A stretch of 64,000 nucleotides of DNA, from positions 11,780,001-11,844,000 of the forward strand of contig JBHGNT010000022.1 of the NCBI GenBank assembly GCA_043228905.1. Reading direction: 5' to 3'. This stretch comes from Azolla caroliniana (lineage: Eukaryota > Plantae > Polypodiophyta). The position numbers were made by a program, and so were the translations under genes. Shown here one piece after another: positions 34,843-48,283 of this stretch; positions within the stretch are counted from its first letter, which is position 1, and each line of letters starts with the position of its first letter. The notes under the pieces are model-generated. The model was not told the DNA's origin. It ran no database searches and saw only the letters and a list, made by a program, of their open reading frames with translations.

Positions 34843-37800
34843 TGACGGATTCATATAAAACGGTTTTGGAATGTGAGCTGCCCGTGAGTGATAATATGGC
34901 TGGATTCTTATTTTCTAGAGTTTGTATATGGTATTTCTTGTTCTTTACCATGGTAAATGTTGATGCAGATCAACGTGAAAGATTTCTTTATGATGTTCTT
35001 CTTGAATGATTCACTGAAGTTCTTTGAATCATTTCACAAAAAATGTGGAGATCAAGGCAAGAAGACTGTAAATTCTACATCTTTAATATGAATATAATTC
35101 ATTTGCTGTATTCGTATTGAATTATGCGGATATACCCATTAATTTTATAGGTTGATAATGCAACTTTTGAAACATGAATCTGATATGCTCAAATCAAAAC
35201 TAATCCCTATGAACTTTAAATTTGTTGAAAGGTTTTGGAAAGCTCATTCTATCCCTTGCCTTTTGGCTCTTTTCCACCCATTACATGCAACTGGCTAACA
35301 TTTTGGGCAGGGCTAGGAATCTCTAATGTGTTAAGCCTACATTTGTGTCTGCTAGATCCATCAAATGCATGGTTTCTCAATTGGTGCCAATCCTACGTTT
35401 GGCTCTCCTAGATCCATCAAATGCACCTTAATTATTTTATCATGCGGATAGTACATTTATCACCTACAGTTAACATATCAATTGAGGTGCAGTTTTCATC
35501 TACTACAATTAAAAGAGTTAAGTTTCAATGAAAACATGATGATGGCCAAATGCAGCACTGTACCTGCTGAAGAAGGCAAGCTTCACTATCCACTAATATT
35601 TTTCAGTGTGGAAATTCTTTTTGAAGAGGCAAAATTTGGCCTCTTGGGCTTCATTCATTCATCAATTTGTTTACTACCTTATTCTAGCCAGGCCAAAGAA
35701 GTATGTCTTACATTAGTTTCAAGCTTAAAGTGACCTGAGCTCTTATAATTGTTATTCTTTTATCCTCTTATATTTTACTTAAATTCTAAGTGTGTGGTCT
35801 ATTAAGCTCATTTGATCTCCTCTAGCAGTACTACATGTTTTGAAAGTCAGTAAGCACATTCTGTTTCAGCATTCCCTCTCTTGTCATTTGCCTGATTTAA
35901 AAGATATTGAAAAAAAGAAACTTCTGTTTATAACTGCTTCCATGGAATGGGGGGTTCTGTATTGAAATAATGGTTGAAACATATTTCATTGATTTATGTG
36001 TGCAAGAGAAAAAATTAGATGCACAAAAATTGGATTCTGGACATATTGATTACACAGTATTTTATTGTGGCACGATGATTTTGTTTGTGTTTTTCTTGAT
36101 TTTGAAGATTTTCGGTGCACAAATTGGGCAAAAGGTCAACATTTTGGTGGTCATGTGCGAGACGTTTCTTTTCGGCATCCTGTCAAGGTCTATTTTGGTA
36201 AGGTACCCCTACAAAATTCTATTTTGTACAATTTCGTGATTTCAAACTCATATACTTCTGTCAGGCCCCAAAGCTAGTAACTGTCAAGAGGTTCAAAGAT
36301 ATCGTGTATACCGGGATAGGTATATACTATCCTTCCCATGTGTCACCCAAGTAGGTTTCATGTTTTTTAGATAGAAGGTAACATTGTCACAAAATTTAAT
36401 TTTCATGCAGTCACCTAGTTGTAGAGACTTCACAACAAATGAATGACATACCTTACGGTGATTATTTTCATGTGGAGGCAAGGGTTGTTGCTGAATTTCT
36501 TGTTTTATATTTAACTGGCGCAGCAACCTGGTTAATTGAAATTTATCATTCTACAGGGGCATTGGGATGTTTATCCATTGGTTGGCAAAGAAACACCCAG
36601 TTGTGTGGTTCGGGTTTTTGTTAATGTTTCCTTCTCCAAGAAAACAGTCTGGAAAGGTAAAATATTGACGATTTTGTCAATACACAGTGGTAAAGCATTG
36701 ACTTTTTTGTTATGAAAAGAATCTGTATTTACCTCTGTAGTTTGAGTGGCATATGTTTCTTGTATAAGTCATCTTGCGTGTAAAGCTACATGACACTATC
36801 CATTATTATGGACGAAGTGATGAAATTTCGATGATTGTAGTGCATTGACTTCAATTATTTAACAGGTAAGATCGAGCAGGGCACTTTTGAAGAATGTAAG
36901 GAGGTTTATGGCACTTGGTTGGGTGAGGTAATGATCTTATATAAGGGCAGGAACCACTTGTCTGCATGTCTTGGAGCTAGTTATTTGATGCAGAACCTAT
37001 ATTGCTACATATGTTTTTGCTCTTTTTTTTACCTGGCACATGTTTTTTTCCTTTTTTTACCTGGCCTTGGCTCCTGCATATCATGCACCATTTACTCACC
37101 ATGTTCATTGTGTTCTAATTGAAAGTTGATGAACAATAAACTGATGGATCCCATGGTTCAGGCATTTAAATGTTTGCAGGAGAAAGGTTTGATTGATAGT
37201 AAACCAATAAAAGTTGACAATGTCAGCCAGACTAATGCGATAGGTAATTGCTCTTTATGTTCGTTCTCTTGTAAATCTTATGGTAATTACATTTTTTCTT
37301 GTCCAAACTCCCAACTGGAATGCCAAACAGATGCCATTTTCTGATGCATATCATGCATGTTATATTGTTTTAGGATCTCCAAGAACAAAATCAAAAGTGA
37401 AACGGAAGTCTGAACTTGGAAATGGGCAAATTCAAGGCCAAGAGAAAGTTTCAACACCAGCATCCCAGGAAACTAAACAAATGCTCATAACTTTGGCTTC
37501 ACAGCCAAGTAAAGAATCAGACGTTCTGCAGCAGCATGATGATTTTGTAACTCGTCTTGGCTTTACCGACTCAAAAAAGCTTATTGTTGTTATCTGCATA
37601 TTGGCAGTATTGGTACTCATACAGACAGGGATTATTATAACTCTATCAAGTTCATCAAAGGTGCAATATGTACCCATTAGCCTACAAAAGCGTGCCACAG
37701 TTTACTATGAGTCATTTGCTGGGAATTCTCAACGACGTGATTTAACATGGCTGGAAGATTCTGCAAGGCTATTGGAAGAAGAAATAAACATAGCAGAGGC

Positions 37801-37903
37801 ACGAATAGAGAGTTTGCAGAATTCCTTGGGTATCTTGAAAAGCAATTTCAAGTTGGTTGAGAAGTCGGTTTATAATTCAGGATTAGCTCCTGAGATCACT
37901 TGA
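34843..37903 (+). pseudogene. VAD1: 5'-truncated VAD1-like gene (VASt domain + TM). Exons 34843-34883, 34969-35056, 36108-36197, 36265-36319, 36411-36477, 36557-36656, 36866-36927, 37162-37243, 37374-37903
   Basis: Spliced peptide ..INVKDFFMMFF..FESFHKKCGDQDFRCTNW..HVRDVSFRHPVKVYFG..CQEVQRYRVYRDSHLVVETSQQMNDIPYGDYFHVEGHWDV..VNVSFSKKTVWKGKIEQGTFEECKE matches the plant VAD1 VASt domain as I recall it. Frame is open across all exons. No GRAM or start exons upstream. Confidence 0.85.
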
Positions 37904-38838
37904 AATCCTAGCTAAAAATGCAGAAGCATTTATACAAAATCCACTAATCACTGTCCATGGCACATATCTTCCCTCTGTTGATCGAAGCATTTATACAAAA
38001 TCTCTCAATCAGTATCCACATCAATCTGTCTCTTTGCTGAGAAAATATTCGAGATTGACGGAAGGGGTTTTCAAGGATTGCTATCCAAATGATGATGTTT
38101 TTTCTTCTGATAGTCTTAATACAACCATCACTGTACAAAGTCAATAAGCATGACTCAAATATCATTGTGCATTGTATCCATGACATCTCTAAATACCTTG
38201 TTCATTGTTTTTCAAATGCTTCTCCTTTGAACATCAGAAGACATTCGATGCAACAGCTTTCTTGACAAAGAGATAAAGGGGAAACTTCATGCATCTGTTT
38301 TTATAGAGTAAATGTTTTGCATTTTGGGCACTGCGAGCAATCACCACAATTGTACCAAGAGCTTTTTAATTCAACAAAAGCTTAAAACCTCATCATCAAT
38401 TTTTTTGTGGTGACATTCTCATCATGGTCTATGTAGTATAATAATAATAATAATATTTGTACGTAACCACCCGATTCTCATTTTCGAAAAACTAAGCCTC
38501 GACTTCTGTCATGGCACTGAAGCTTCACTACCTGGACGTTTTGTTTGATTATATTCTTGGTCTTTTATACCTGATTGTGTGATTGAACGTTCCGGAAATT
38601 TTCAAACTTCTCATGTTTGTGAAGATGCACGATGAGCTGATTCATGCTTTGTGGTGTTTAGGTTCAAGTGATTTCCTAACTATCGCAAATGCATGGGCAT
38701 GGTTTACTTGATAAAAGACTTTATTTATTTATTTGACATTTGTAACCTCTCCATTAATATCACAGAGCAACATGAGATATTGGTCTTTTCACATGGGATA
38801 TCGATGATGAGAAGGAGTTTCCATACCCACAATTATGG

Positions 38839-38966
38839 CATCATGTAATAATTTGCATCTTGTATATAATTCTTTGTTCATCATGTGATAATTTGCATCC
38901 TGTATATAATTCTTTGTTCATCATGTGATAATTTGCATCCTGTATATAATTCTTTGTTCATCATGT
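38839..38966. repeat. 40-bp tandem repeat, unit B copy
   Basis: Same as 1534-1661. Confidence 0.95.
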
Positions 38967-39564
38967 CATACATGCAAGTATTATATTGGAAATTACTCCT
39001 AAATTAAAGCATGATGTCTTGCTTTTCACAATGTAGGTGTATGAAGATGAGTTGACACAACATGCACACACTCTCACACGAAACTATGATTTCACAAATT
39101 ATAACTAGGTGTTCTAGGTTTTCCAAAATATTATAAAGAACAAGGGAAAATTATATAAGTAAGTAAACTTTTATAAAAGTGGGAACATTATATAATATAT
39201 ATGTGCATACATACATCTGTTTGTTTTGGGTTTTGTCTTTTTATTGTTCATGAATACTTTATAACATAGTTTCATGATGGTACAACACGATACTTTCTGA
39301 TCGGGAATTATGTAGTTCCAAAAATCATGGAGCACTTTGAAATTGTTACTTTCTCAAATTTGCATGCTCGTGATTGGGAAAAGGGTTAAAATATGGAAGA
39401 TGATCGAGATATGCCAAATATGCAATGACCACGTGCAAATATCGAGGTTTTTTTGGACACTAATACAAGTATTATTGAACTGTGGCTTAGATACGATGAA
39501 GAGAACACAATTAGTTTGAAATCATAATTGAAATCATAAGCCTACAAAGAAGTGTGGACTCATT

Positions 39565-40212
39565 CACTTAACAATCGATGTCGGTTGCCTATTTTCATGG
39601 GGATTAACAATGTGGGGAGCATTACATTCCAGTTTGATGTTGTATGAGGCAAACGATGTTCAAGAGGCAATGATGGTACATAATAGAATATTGATATTGG
39701 TCAGCCCCTTTCAACAACCTCGAAAGCAGGTGTGATCTGTCCAGATATGGAAAACAATGACTACAATAACGTTATGGGCATTATGGAAATGTCGATGCAA
39801 CCGACGTTATGATGCAACATATCAGTGTCTCTCAGATGTCTTGCGTGAGATATGGGAGAACTTGGTGGCAGTAGTCCGCAGCCAGTATGACAACATGCAG
39901 GGTTCACCAGAGATTGTGAATAAGAGAAAGAAGAAGCTCCTTCACTTACGGAAAAAGTTACCCCTATTTTTTGAGTCAACTGAAGGGCCTCAATGGAACT
40001 ATCAACTTCCATGGACCCTTTCTTGAATATCAGTGAAGCATGGCAAAGTGCAACAATAAATTTTTATACCTTTTACAAAGTTCTAGCTTTGGTCTTAGGA
40101 TTATTGTATATCATTTTACATGAAAATTGTAAGCTTTTGGGCACATAAGCTTAAGTTATAGCATTCACATGTTTTTCTTAATACTAATGAGGAAAATCTT
40201 TGAAGAAAAAAG
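39565..40212 (+). mobile_element. 5'-truncated LINE, unit B copy
   Basis: Same TSD and sequence as 2260-2907. Confidence 0.8.
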
Positions 40213-40796
40213 AAGAAGTGTGGACTCATTAAAAGGGTAAAGACACATGAGAGAAATATAGACATGGGTACCACATTGGGCATCATTATAAAGCCTCTTG
40301 TCAATACACATCTAAACACCACCAACACAACCATTGGAAAAACTTTCACACTCAATACTAACCCAAAACACAGTAGCCTATTTTCCGTTACTTAATTGCA
40401 AGATAAAATTCAATGGCAAGGAATTCTAACTCAAGTTACCTCCTTTTGTCCCCTTTCGTGAAATCAAGGCTCGTTTGTGATTTGAGCACCTCGGTAGCTT
40501 TGATTTTGGCCTCTTCACTCCAAAAACCTCAATCTCACTATGTCCACACACACACATTGATGTAAATGTCTTCTCAAACCCCTAGGTTAATTACAATATC
40601 AGTTGACAATTAAGCTTGTTTGCAACAACAAAAAGCTTCAAAAACAAAGAATGATATTATTCATGCAAAGGGGATCTTGTCAAATAGGATGGTTAAAAAC
40701 TAACGGAATAATAATTAGTAAACAATGTTGGGGAGGCGAGGTTCTGGACAAGTCAAAAACATACATGCAAAAAAATGAAGATCGTGTGTTCTTAAA

Positions 40797-41909
40797 TCAG
40801 CAAGATATCGTATGTTTGCGATGCCCATTGTCGTGATTGAGTCCGTAACGACATGTTTTGAAGAACCACTGAAGCGTGCCGGACATACACGACACCATCG
40901 TCGCCAAGTACGCATTGAGCTTCGGCTCCCTTTGTATCAACTCCTCCTTCCGTTGTATGGCATCAACTACTTGTGCACAATGAGCATCTACACAATCCAT
41001 CATATCCACCACAACTTCCACCGCATTCTGGAAGGACCCGAATGCACCGCTCTCGTACATGACCCACGGAAGGTTGAAATTGTAACCGAGGGACGCCTCC
41101 ATGTGGCACGACACGATGTCGTTGCACATACATATGTAGTCTAAAACAAGGTCTCGGAACTCCTCGACGAGCTGGTGGAGATGGATGGGATCCTCATCTA
41201 GGCTTAACATGTAGAGGACTAGCTCGAAACCCACAAGGAAGCCCGAGGAATGCCGGCGAATAGCCATATATTCCTCCATGTTCTTGTTCATATCGCCTCC
41301 CTCCTCGTGCCGCCAAAATGCTCGATTGCTTGTGGGCTGAAGGCAGACGGCATGAAGATGATCTTGCATGACCGATATGAAGCGTGACCGCACTTGTGGG
41401 ACAAGCCGAGATTACATCTTGCCCCATAGTTCCCCCAATGCATCTAACATGATTAAGCTCTGGGCATGGCAGTCACTCAAATTGTCGAAAAGTACGACAT
41501 TGCTAGGAGATTGTGGGTCGCGGAGTTTAGAAAGAACCAATTGTGCCCAAACATTGGTGGTAGATGGAGGACCATGATCATGAGACCCCATGAAACCATG
41601 ATCTTCGGTACCGAGTAACAAGGGGCCATTGTCTTCTATGTCGTCTGACAAGAACAACCAAGCAATGAACTTGATGATGGTTTCAAGATCTCGGAGGTCG
41701 GTTGCTTCCGCAAAAAGGATGAGACAATAGAGGAGACAATAGAGGATGAGACAATAGAGGAGGAGCTGCTCAGAACCGGGGTGAGCCAAGTTAAGGATCC
41801 ATGACTCACACACCATCCTCACACTCTCATATTGTGGGTGCAATTTGGCGGGGAACGAGCATCGGATTGGCGGCAATGTGAAACTGGTACTGCAAGTTGG
41901 GATCACCAT
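40797..41909 (-). pseudogene. Short-form MTPSL pseudogene, unit B copy
   Basis: Same TAA stop (41412-41414) as the unit A copy. Motifs DDIED, NDIVSCHME, WFFKTCRY. Confidence 0.9.
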
Positions 41910-42218
41910 TGAGGAGGATACTCTAAAGGTTGATGCCAAAATGTCTATATATTATTGATAGGTATATGTTGAAAATATGGTTGTGTTGGTGCTTTTGAGA
42001 TGTACTATGTCGATTTATGTATAGATCACATTTTGAGAGTCCTTTTATAATAATACCAAATGAGGTACCTATGTCTATATTGTCTCATGTGTCTTTCCCT
42101 TTTCTAATGAGTCCAAAGAGTTCCATATGACTTTTGTAGCCTTAAATTCCAATTATGACATGATTAATAGATTTCACAATTCTCGTGGTCCGTAATGCCA
42201 TGTTTCCACTTGCTTGTA

Positions 42219-42520
42219 GTATTGCGGGTGCAATTTCATGGGGAATGAGCATCTAATGTGAAACCGGTACCGCAAGTTGGGATCCATGAGTCGCATTAGG
42301 TCCTCATGGTGCTCTCGGCATTAAGTTGGGCCGCTCAAACGAGTGCTTGATGGGCGGGAGTGTGTCACCAGGAGCTTGTATCCAAGGATCGCGCTCCGTC
42401 TGGTGCAATCCAGAGGAGGCCTGGGCAATTTTAAGTTGAGACCGGTAGCTTGGATCTGCCGCCATGGCTAAGATTCGACTACGGCCAACCTCACCCCAAC
42501 ATTCATGAGATTATTACCAT
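42219..42520 (-). pseudogene. Degenerate MTPSL 5' stub, unit B copy
   Basis: Copy of 4914-5215. Confidence 0.7.
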
Positions 42521-42716
42521 TGAGGATATGTACTCTCAAATTGATCCCAAATTTACTAATAGATATGGTGAGAGCTTTTGATGGATATGATTGTGTTGGT
42601 GTTGGTGTACGGTTATGGAGGTAGAGCTTCTTGCTTTGATGGATATGGTTGTTTAGGGATTATATGGAATCAAAGGACTCCATACTTTTTTTTTTGTATA
42701 GTCTTTAATTCCAATC

Positions 42717-45700
42717 TGTAAGAAATCAAGCAATAACACAAGAGATAGGAAGAAGATAACAAGGAGAGAGAGAGAGAGAGATCAAGATCCAACAGTTGTA
42801 TTTCTCACATCATATGAATAGTGGTTACAATGTGTATATATGAGAGAAAGGGTGGTTACAAAACGTTTTTATAAATGAGGGGTATTTTGGGAAATATTAT
42901 TTATTACTTTATTTATCATAATATGTTTTATTTTTATTCCTAATATTATACTTTATTTTATATTCTAACACCGCCCCATAAAATAAAGTGTTTATTTTTC
43001 TTTATTGATATTGCTAATACTAAGACCAATTTTATTACAACAATTCCAATGTTTTTGTTGTGGTACTGGCTTCATCAAAAAATCCGCCCACATTGTTGTA
43101 GTAGATGTATAATGTAAAGACATTTCTTTTGCTTCTACCAACTCTCGAATAAAATGATGTCGCGCTCTTATATGTTTATTTTGATCCGTGATCTTTGGGT
43201 TGATAGCTAGCTTAATACATGACTGATTGTCGCAAAATACTTTGACTTCATTAAGCTTTATGATGTCGAGCTCTTCAATGATCGTCTTTATCCACAATCC
43301 TTCTTTTGCCGTTAATGCCGCCGCAACATATTCCACTTCGGTGCTAGAAAGAGCCACGGATACTTGACGTTTGGTTCTCCATGCAATTGCCCCATCGGCA
43401 AATGTGAAAACCATACCAGATGTTGAGCGGGAGGTATCAAGATCCCCCCCCCCCAATCCGAATCCGTCCAACCGACTAATGGTGTTTGGAGCCAACCATT
43501 AATTTGGGACGAATTCCTAGATTGGAAAGACTTGTATGTGAGACCGATGTCTTTAGTGTATTGTAGATAGCGAAGAACTCGCTTTAAAACATTCCAATGA
43601 ACTACTCTGGGATTCTGCATAAATCTAGAAAGAAAACCAGCTGAGTAAGACAAATCCGGACGTGTACAACTCACAAGATACCTTATACTTCCAAGGATTT
43701 GTCGATAAGGAAGTGTTTTCATGAGTTGCTCTTCTTCCACGGTCTTTGGACTATCATTGGATGATAGTTTGCACGGTACGATCATTGGTGTTGCAGTAGG
43801 TTTGCAATCAGACATCTCGAACTTGTGAAGAATTTCTTCGACCAACTTTCGTTGCGACATAGTAAGTGTGCCTTCCGTCCTATTCCTTGTTACCTTGATA
43901 CCAAGGCAATACTCTAGTGGTCCTAGGTCTTTGACGGGAAACTTCTCCTTGAGTTGATTTATAGCCTTTCGCATTGAAGTAGTAGAGTTTGAGGCAATTG
44001 GCAAATCATCAACATACACACCAATGATTACATAGTCACTTCCTTCTTTACGAATGTAAAGATTTGGCTCGGCTTGAAGACGCCGAAAATTAATAGACAT
44101 AAGAAATGTATGGAGCTTGTGGTGCCACATTCGTGGAGATTGTTTCAAACCATACAATGACTTATGAAGCTTACACACATACTTTGGGAATTTTGAATCT
44201 TCAAAAAATGGCGGTTGTTGCATGAATATTTCTTCATTTAAGTCGTGACCATGTAAAAATGCGGTTTCGATATCTAAGTGGTGAAGTTCGAGATTAAAAC
44301 CGGCCGAAAAAGCAAGCATGACTCGTAATGGAACCATTTTTAGTGTCGGCGCAAATGTTTCTTTAAAATCCACACCAGGAATTTGTGAAAAACCACGAGC
44401 GACGACACGTCGAGCTTTATATCTCGTCACTACACCATGTGCATCCTTCTTCTTCGTAAGTACCCACTTACTAGATATGACATTGCGATTCTTTGGTTGT
44501 GGCACTAAAGTCCATGTTCCATTGCGCATGAGTGCCTCCATCTCCGTTTGCATCGCCGACTTCCACATTTCACTCTCGGGACCATTAAGGGCTGCTTTTG
44601 GAGTGAGATTTATGTCCTCAAGTGGAATATCACCTTCATTATCTTCAATCTCGTCAATAGTCTCCGGTCCGAAGTCGGCCATGAGTGCTTCGAATGGACG
44701 TGTGGCTTCCATGTTTTCGTAAATATTACGAAATTTTTGCTTGATTGGTTGCGGCTGATCATCAAAATCCTCATTTGTTGGGTAAGTGTCGGGTAGAGAA
44801 GGAAATATATTGACATTAGGTGATGCTTCTGGTGTGAAACCTATATGTGGATGACTTAAGTTCACATGAGATTTATTAGTTACACTTTTTCTTGTGTAAA
44901 TCGGTGTGAATAGGTTATTATTTGGTGAAGAGTAACTGAATTGGAGAAGCGGGAAGAGTTGGCGCGCTCCAAAACAGTGTCTGCACCTATAAAAGAACCC
45001 GCTCCACCTCCCAAGTCCTTACTTCTTCTCTGTGATGGCGTTTCCTTCTGTTCCAATGCTTTGCCGCCACCGCCATCTTGCTGCAAATCGAGCTTCTCCT
45101 GTTGTTGGCCGCGCTTCTCCTGCTGTCTATGGCCGCGATGCAGCTGCATATTCTCCCGTTTATCAGAAGATTGTTGATCCTCTTGCTGATTATACTTCTG
45201 ATCATAAAGATGTTGTTTAATTTGCTGATTATTTGGTTGATTATTTTGATGATTGTGCTGCTGATTATGTTGCTGATCAGGGGGTCGTTGATCATGTTGC
45301 TTATCGGGAGGTTGTTGATTCTGTTGTTGATGGCCGTGTTGATGGTGGCTGAGTCGAAGAGGCAATCCAGCTACTTGAAGCATACTTCGACTAACATCTA
45401 GGAGCGTCCGATTCTTGTACTCAGCTACACCATTTTGTTGCGGGTTGTATGGTACAGTATGTTCATGTCTTATTCCATTTTCTTTACAAAAACTGTTCCA
45501 TTCATCACTAAGATATTCCCCTCCATTGTCAGTACGAATAGTCGAAATCTTATGTTGACACTGGTTTTCTACATATGCTTTATAATTTGTGAATGCATTG
45601 TATGCTCTAGATTTCTTCTTTAGAAAGTACAAGATTGTGAATCTTGTGAATGTAATAAAATACCTGTTACCGTTTATTGATACAGATTGCATAGGTCCAC

Positions 45701-47077
45701 ATAAGTCTGAATGAATGAGTTTGCTTATTGGAAACTTTTGTCGATACTGCTTGCCATAGATGCATCCCTCGCATATAGATATATAGCTGAATGACTTTGT
45801 TGGAATTCCTTCGAATAATTTATGAACTTGACCAGTCTTCATCGCCTTTGGGTTGAGATGCCCGAGTCGATGATGCCAAAGCATTGTAGGGTCAATAGGT
45901 GACGCGCTTGATGCAAAGAGGGCTTGTATAGGAGTTTTATCCATCATTTGTAAAGGGTACAGTCTTCCAGATTTGGGGCAAGTCACTCTTAACATCTCAC
46001 CAGTAGGTAATTCATGAGAAATAACCGCAAACCCTAAACCCTAAACCCTAAACCCTAAACCCAACATGAGGCTGCCATGGCCATGTGGCTAGCCTCATGT
46101 TGTGAACTCGTTCTTTTCCTTCGTAGTTCATCCTGCTTTAACTTTGCTACTAAATTTTGTAAATTTAGATTTTTATCTTCACTATGAATACTTACAAAAG
46201 TCACCCATGATTCTGGTAGCACTCCCATTAAAATCTCACATTTGGACATTTCATCGATATTATTGCCTAAAGAGATGGTTGTATCTAATTGCTTTTGCCA
46301 CTTCATTATAAATGTGTCGATTTGTTCACCTTCTTTCATCTGTAAATTCATTAATGATCTGAATGAAAAAATTTTAGTCGTTCCGTCAGATGGTTGATGA
46401 ATCTTTTGCAAATACTCCCACATTTCATTTGCTGTGTGTAAGTTTCGAACATAATCGACTTGCTCATCACTTAAGTGCATTATTATCTCCATTCTAGCGT
46501 CGAGGTCTCTGCTTTTTCCACATGCTCATCCTAGGTTCTTGTTCAGGCATTTTCATGGAGCCATCTATTATATCCTTTAGATTATTACGCTCCATTATCA
46601 ACTCCATCCGTGTCTTCCACATCCTGTAATTGTGAGTAGTTAGTTTCTCAACTACATATTTTCTTACCATATTTGATGGATTTGCAGGATGATGATTGTT
46701 TGATGTGGATGTGGTTAGGTTTTCTGATTCTTCTTCGAACTCCATCTCGCTTAGATCGTCCGGATCAATCCAAGAACAAAATGTTTTGTGTTTTGATTGA
46801 TGTCTCTAATTTTGCTCTGATACCATGTAAGAAATCAAGCAATAACACAAGAGATAGGAAGAAGATAACAGGGAGAGAGAGAGAGAGATCAAGATCCAAC
46901 AGTTGTATTTCTCACATCATATGAATAGTGGTTACAATGTGTATATATGAGAGAAAGGGTGGTTACAAAACGTTTTTATAAATGAGGGGTATTTTGGGAA
47001 ATATTATTTATTACTTTATTTACCATAATATGTTTTATTTTTATTCCTAATATTATACTTTATTTTATATTCTAACA
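42717..47077 (-). mobile_element. Decayed copia-2, unit B copy with two large internal deletions
   Basis: LTRs 42717-42970 and 46826-47077, TSD CAATC. Lacks unit-A segments ~13964-15055 and 15761-16338. Confidence 0.93.
46032..46062 (-). repeat. Telomere-repeat filler (CCCTAAA)4CCC at a deletion junction
   Basis: Sits between sequence matching 15760 and 16339 of unit A. Absent from unit A. Confidence 0.93.
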
Positions 47078-47422
47078 CAATCAATGTGCCTTTTTTTTTG
47101 GATATTAACCTTTTTTGTAGAGCCTTCATAAACAATGTACCAATGAATGTATGTGCCATCAAACCATGTCATCAAGTATTCACGAGACATCATGCATATT
47201 GAAACTCATACATGATGCAAATAATGATTATAGATGTAATGCCATATTCTTGGCTATGGAGTCCTCTCTTCATTATAGATATCCCATGTGTAATGACCAA
47301 TATCTCATGCTTGTGCCACGGCCCACCATATTGATGGAGAAGCTACTAATGTCACATGATCAAGCATAAAAAATCGAGAATATAATTGGGCAAAACAATA
47401 AGATCATCTATGTAGTGAAGAC

Positions 47423-48283
47423 TAGCAATGGGCTCGGTTTCGGCTCAAACTGAACTGAACCATTAAACCATGGCTTAACAGTTTATTGGTTCAAAGATAA
47501 ATAAACCGTTTGGTTTAGTTTACATGTTATGATCCGGTTCAGTTCGGTTCTGAATTTCATGGTTTGGCAGTTTATTGGCTTATCGGTTCGGTTTTAAATT
47601 TCATGGTTTAGCGGCTTATCGGTTTCGGTTTAAAGGTTTAAAGGTTTATAGGTTAAAATTTATTCCTAAATTTTCACCTCTAGGCTCTAACTTTCAACTA
47701 TAGTATGAACCATACGTACCATACTTTTGGATTAACTATTTATTATGAGGTAAATAAGCCTAAAAAATAGAAAAAAAAACAAAAACAAACATTAAAAAAT
47801 GGGGAAAAACAAAAAAAAACACAAGAATGTTTGAATAACATTCGCATTTGTTCTCCAACGTAGGAAAACAAATGTTATGCTAGACGAACACGAATTTTAC
47901 GTACTATACTTTCAATTGTTAATTTTAAACCTCTAGGCTCTAACTTATTAAATTTTATATGCATTAATAATTATATGTAGAGTCTCCTTTTGATTTATGA
48001 TTATCAAATTTATGACCAAATTTATAATATGTATGATGACCAAATTTATGATGATTTTCTCATAGAAATTCATAATATATATGATAATAAATATCTCTAA
48101 AAATTGGTTTTGTTTGGTTTTGATTTATGATAAACCGGTTTGGTTTGGTTCTAAATTTTCCGTAAATGGTTCAGTTTAAATGGCTTCATAAATTTTAAAC
48201 AGTTTCGTTTGGTTTTTATTATAACCAAATGGTTTGGCTTGGTTTCAAGGCCAAGAAACCGAACCAAATTGGGCCCATTGCTA
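47423..48283. mobile_element. hAT-type element with nested MITE, unit B copy
   Basis: TIR TAGCAATGGGC..GCCCATTGCTA. Copy of 17696-18603. Confidence 0.85.
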
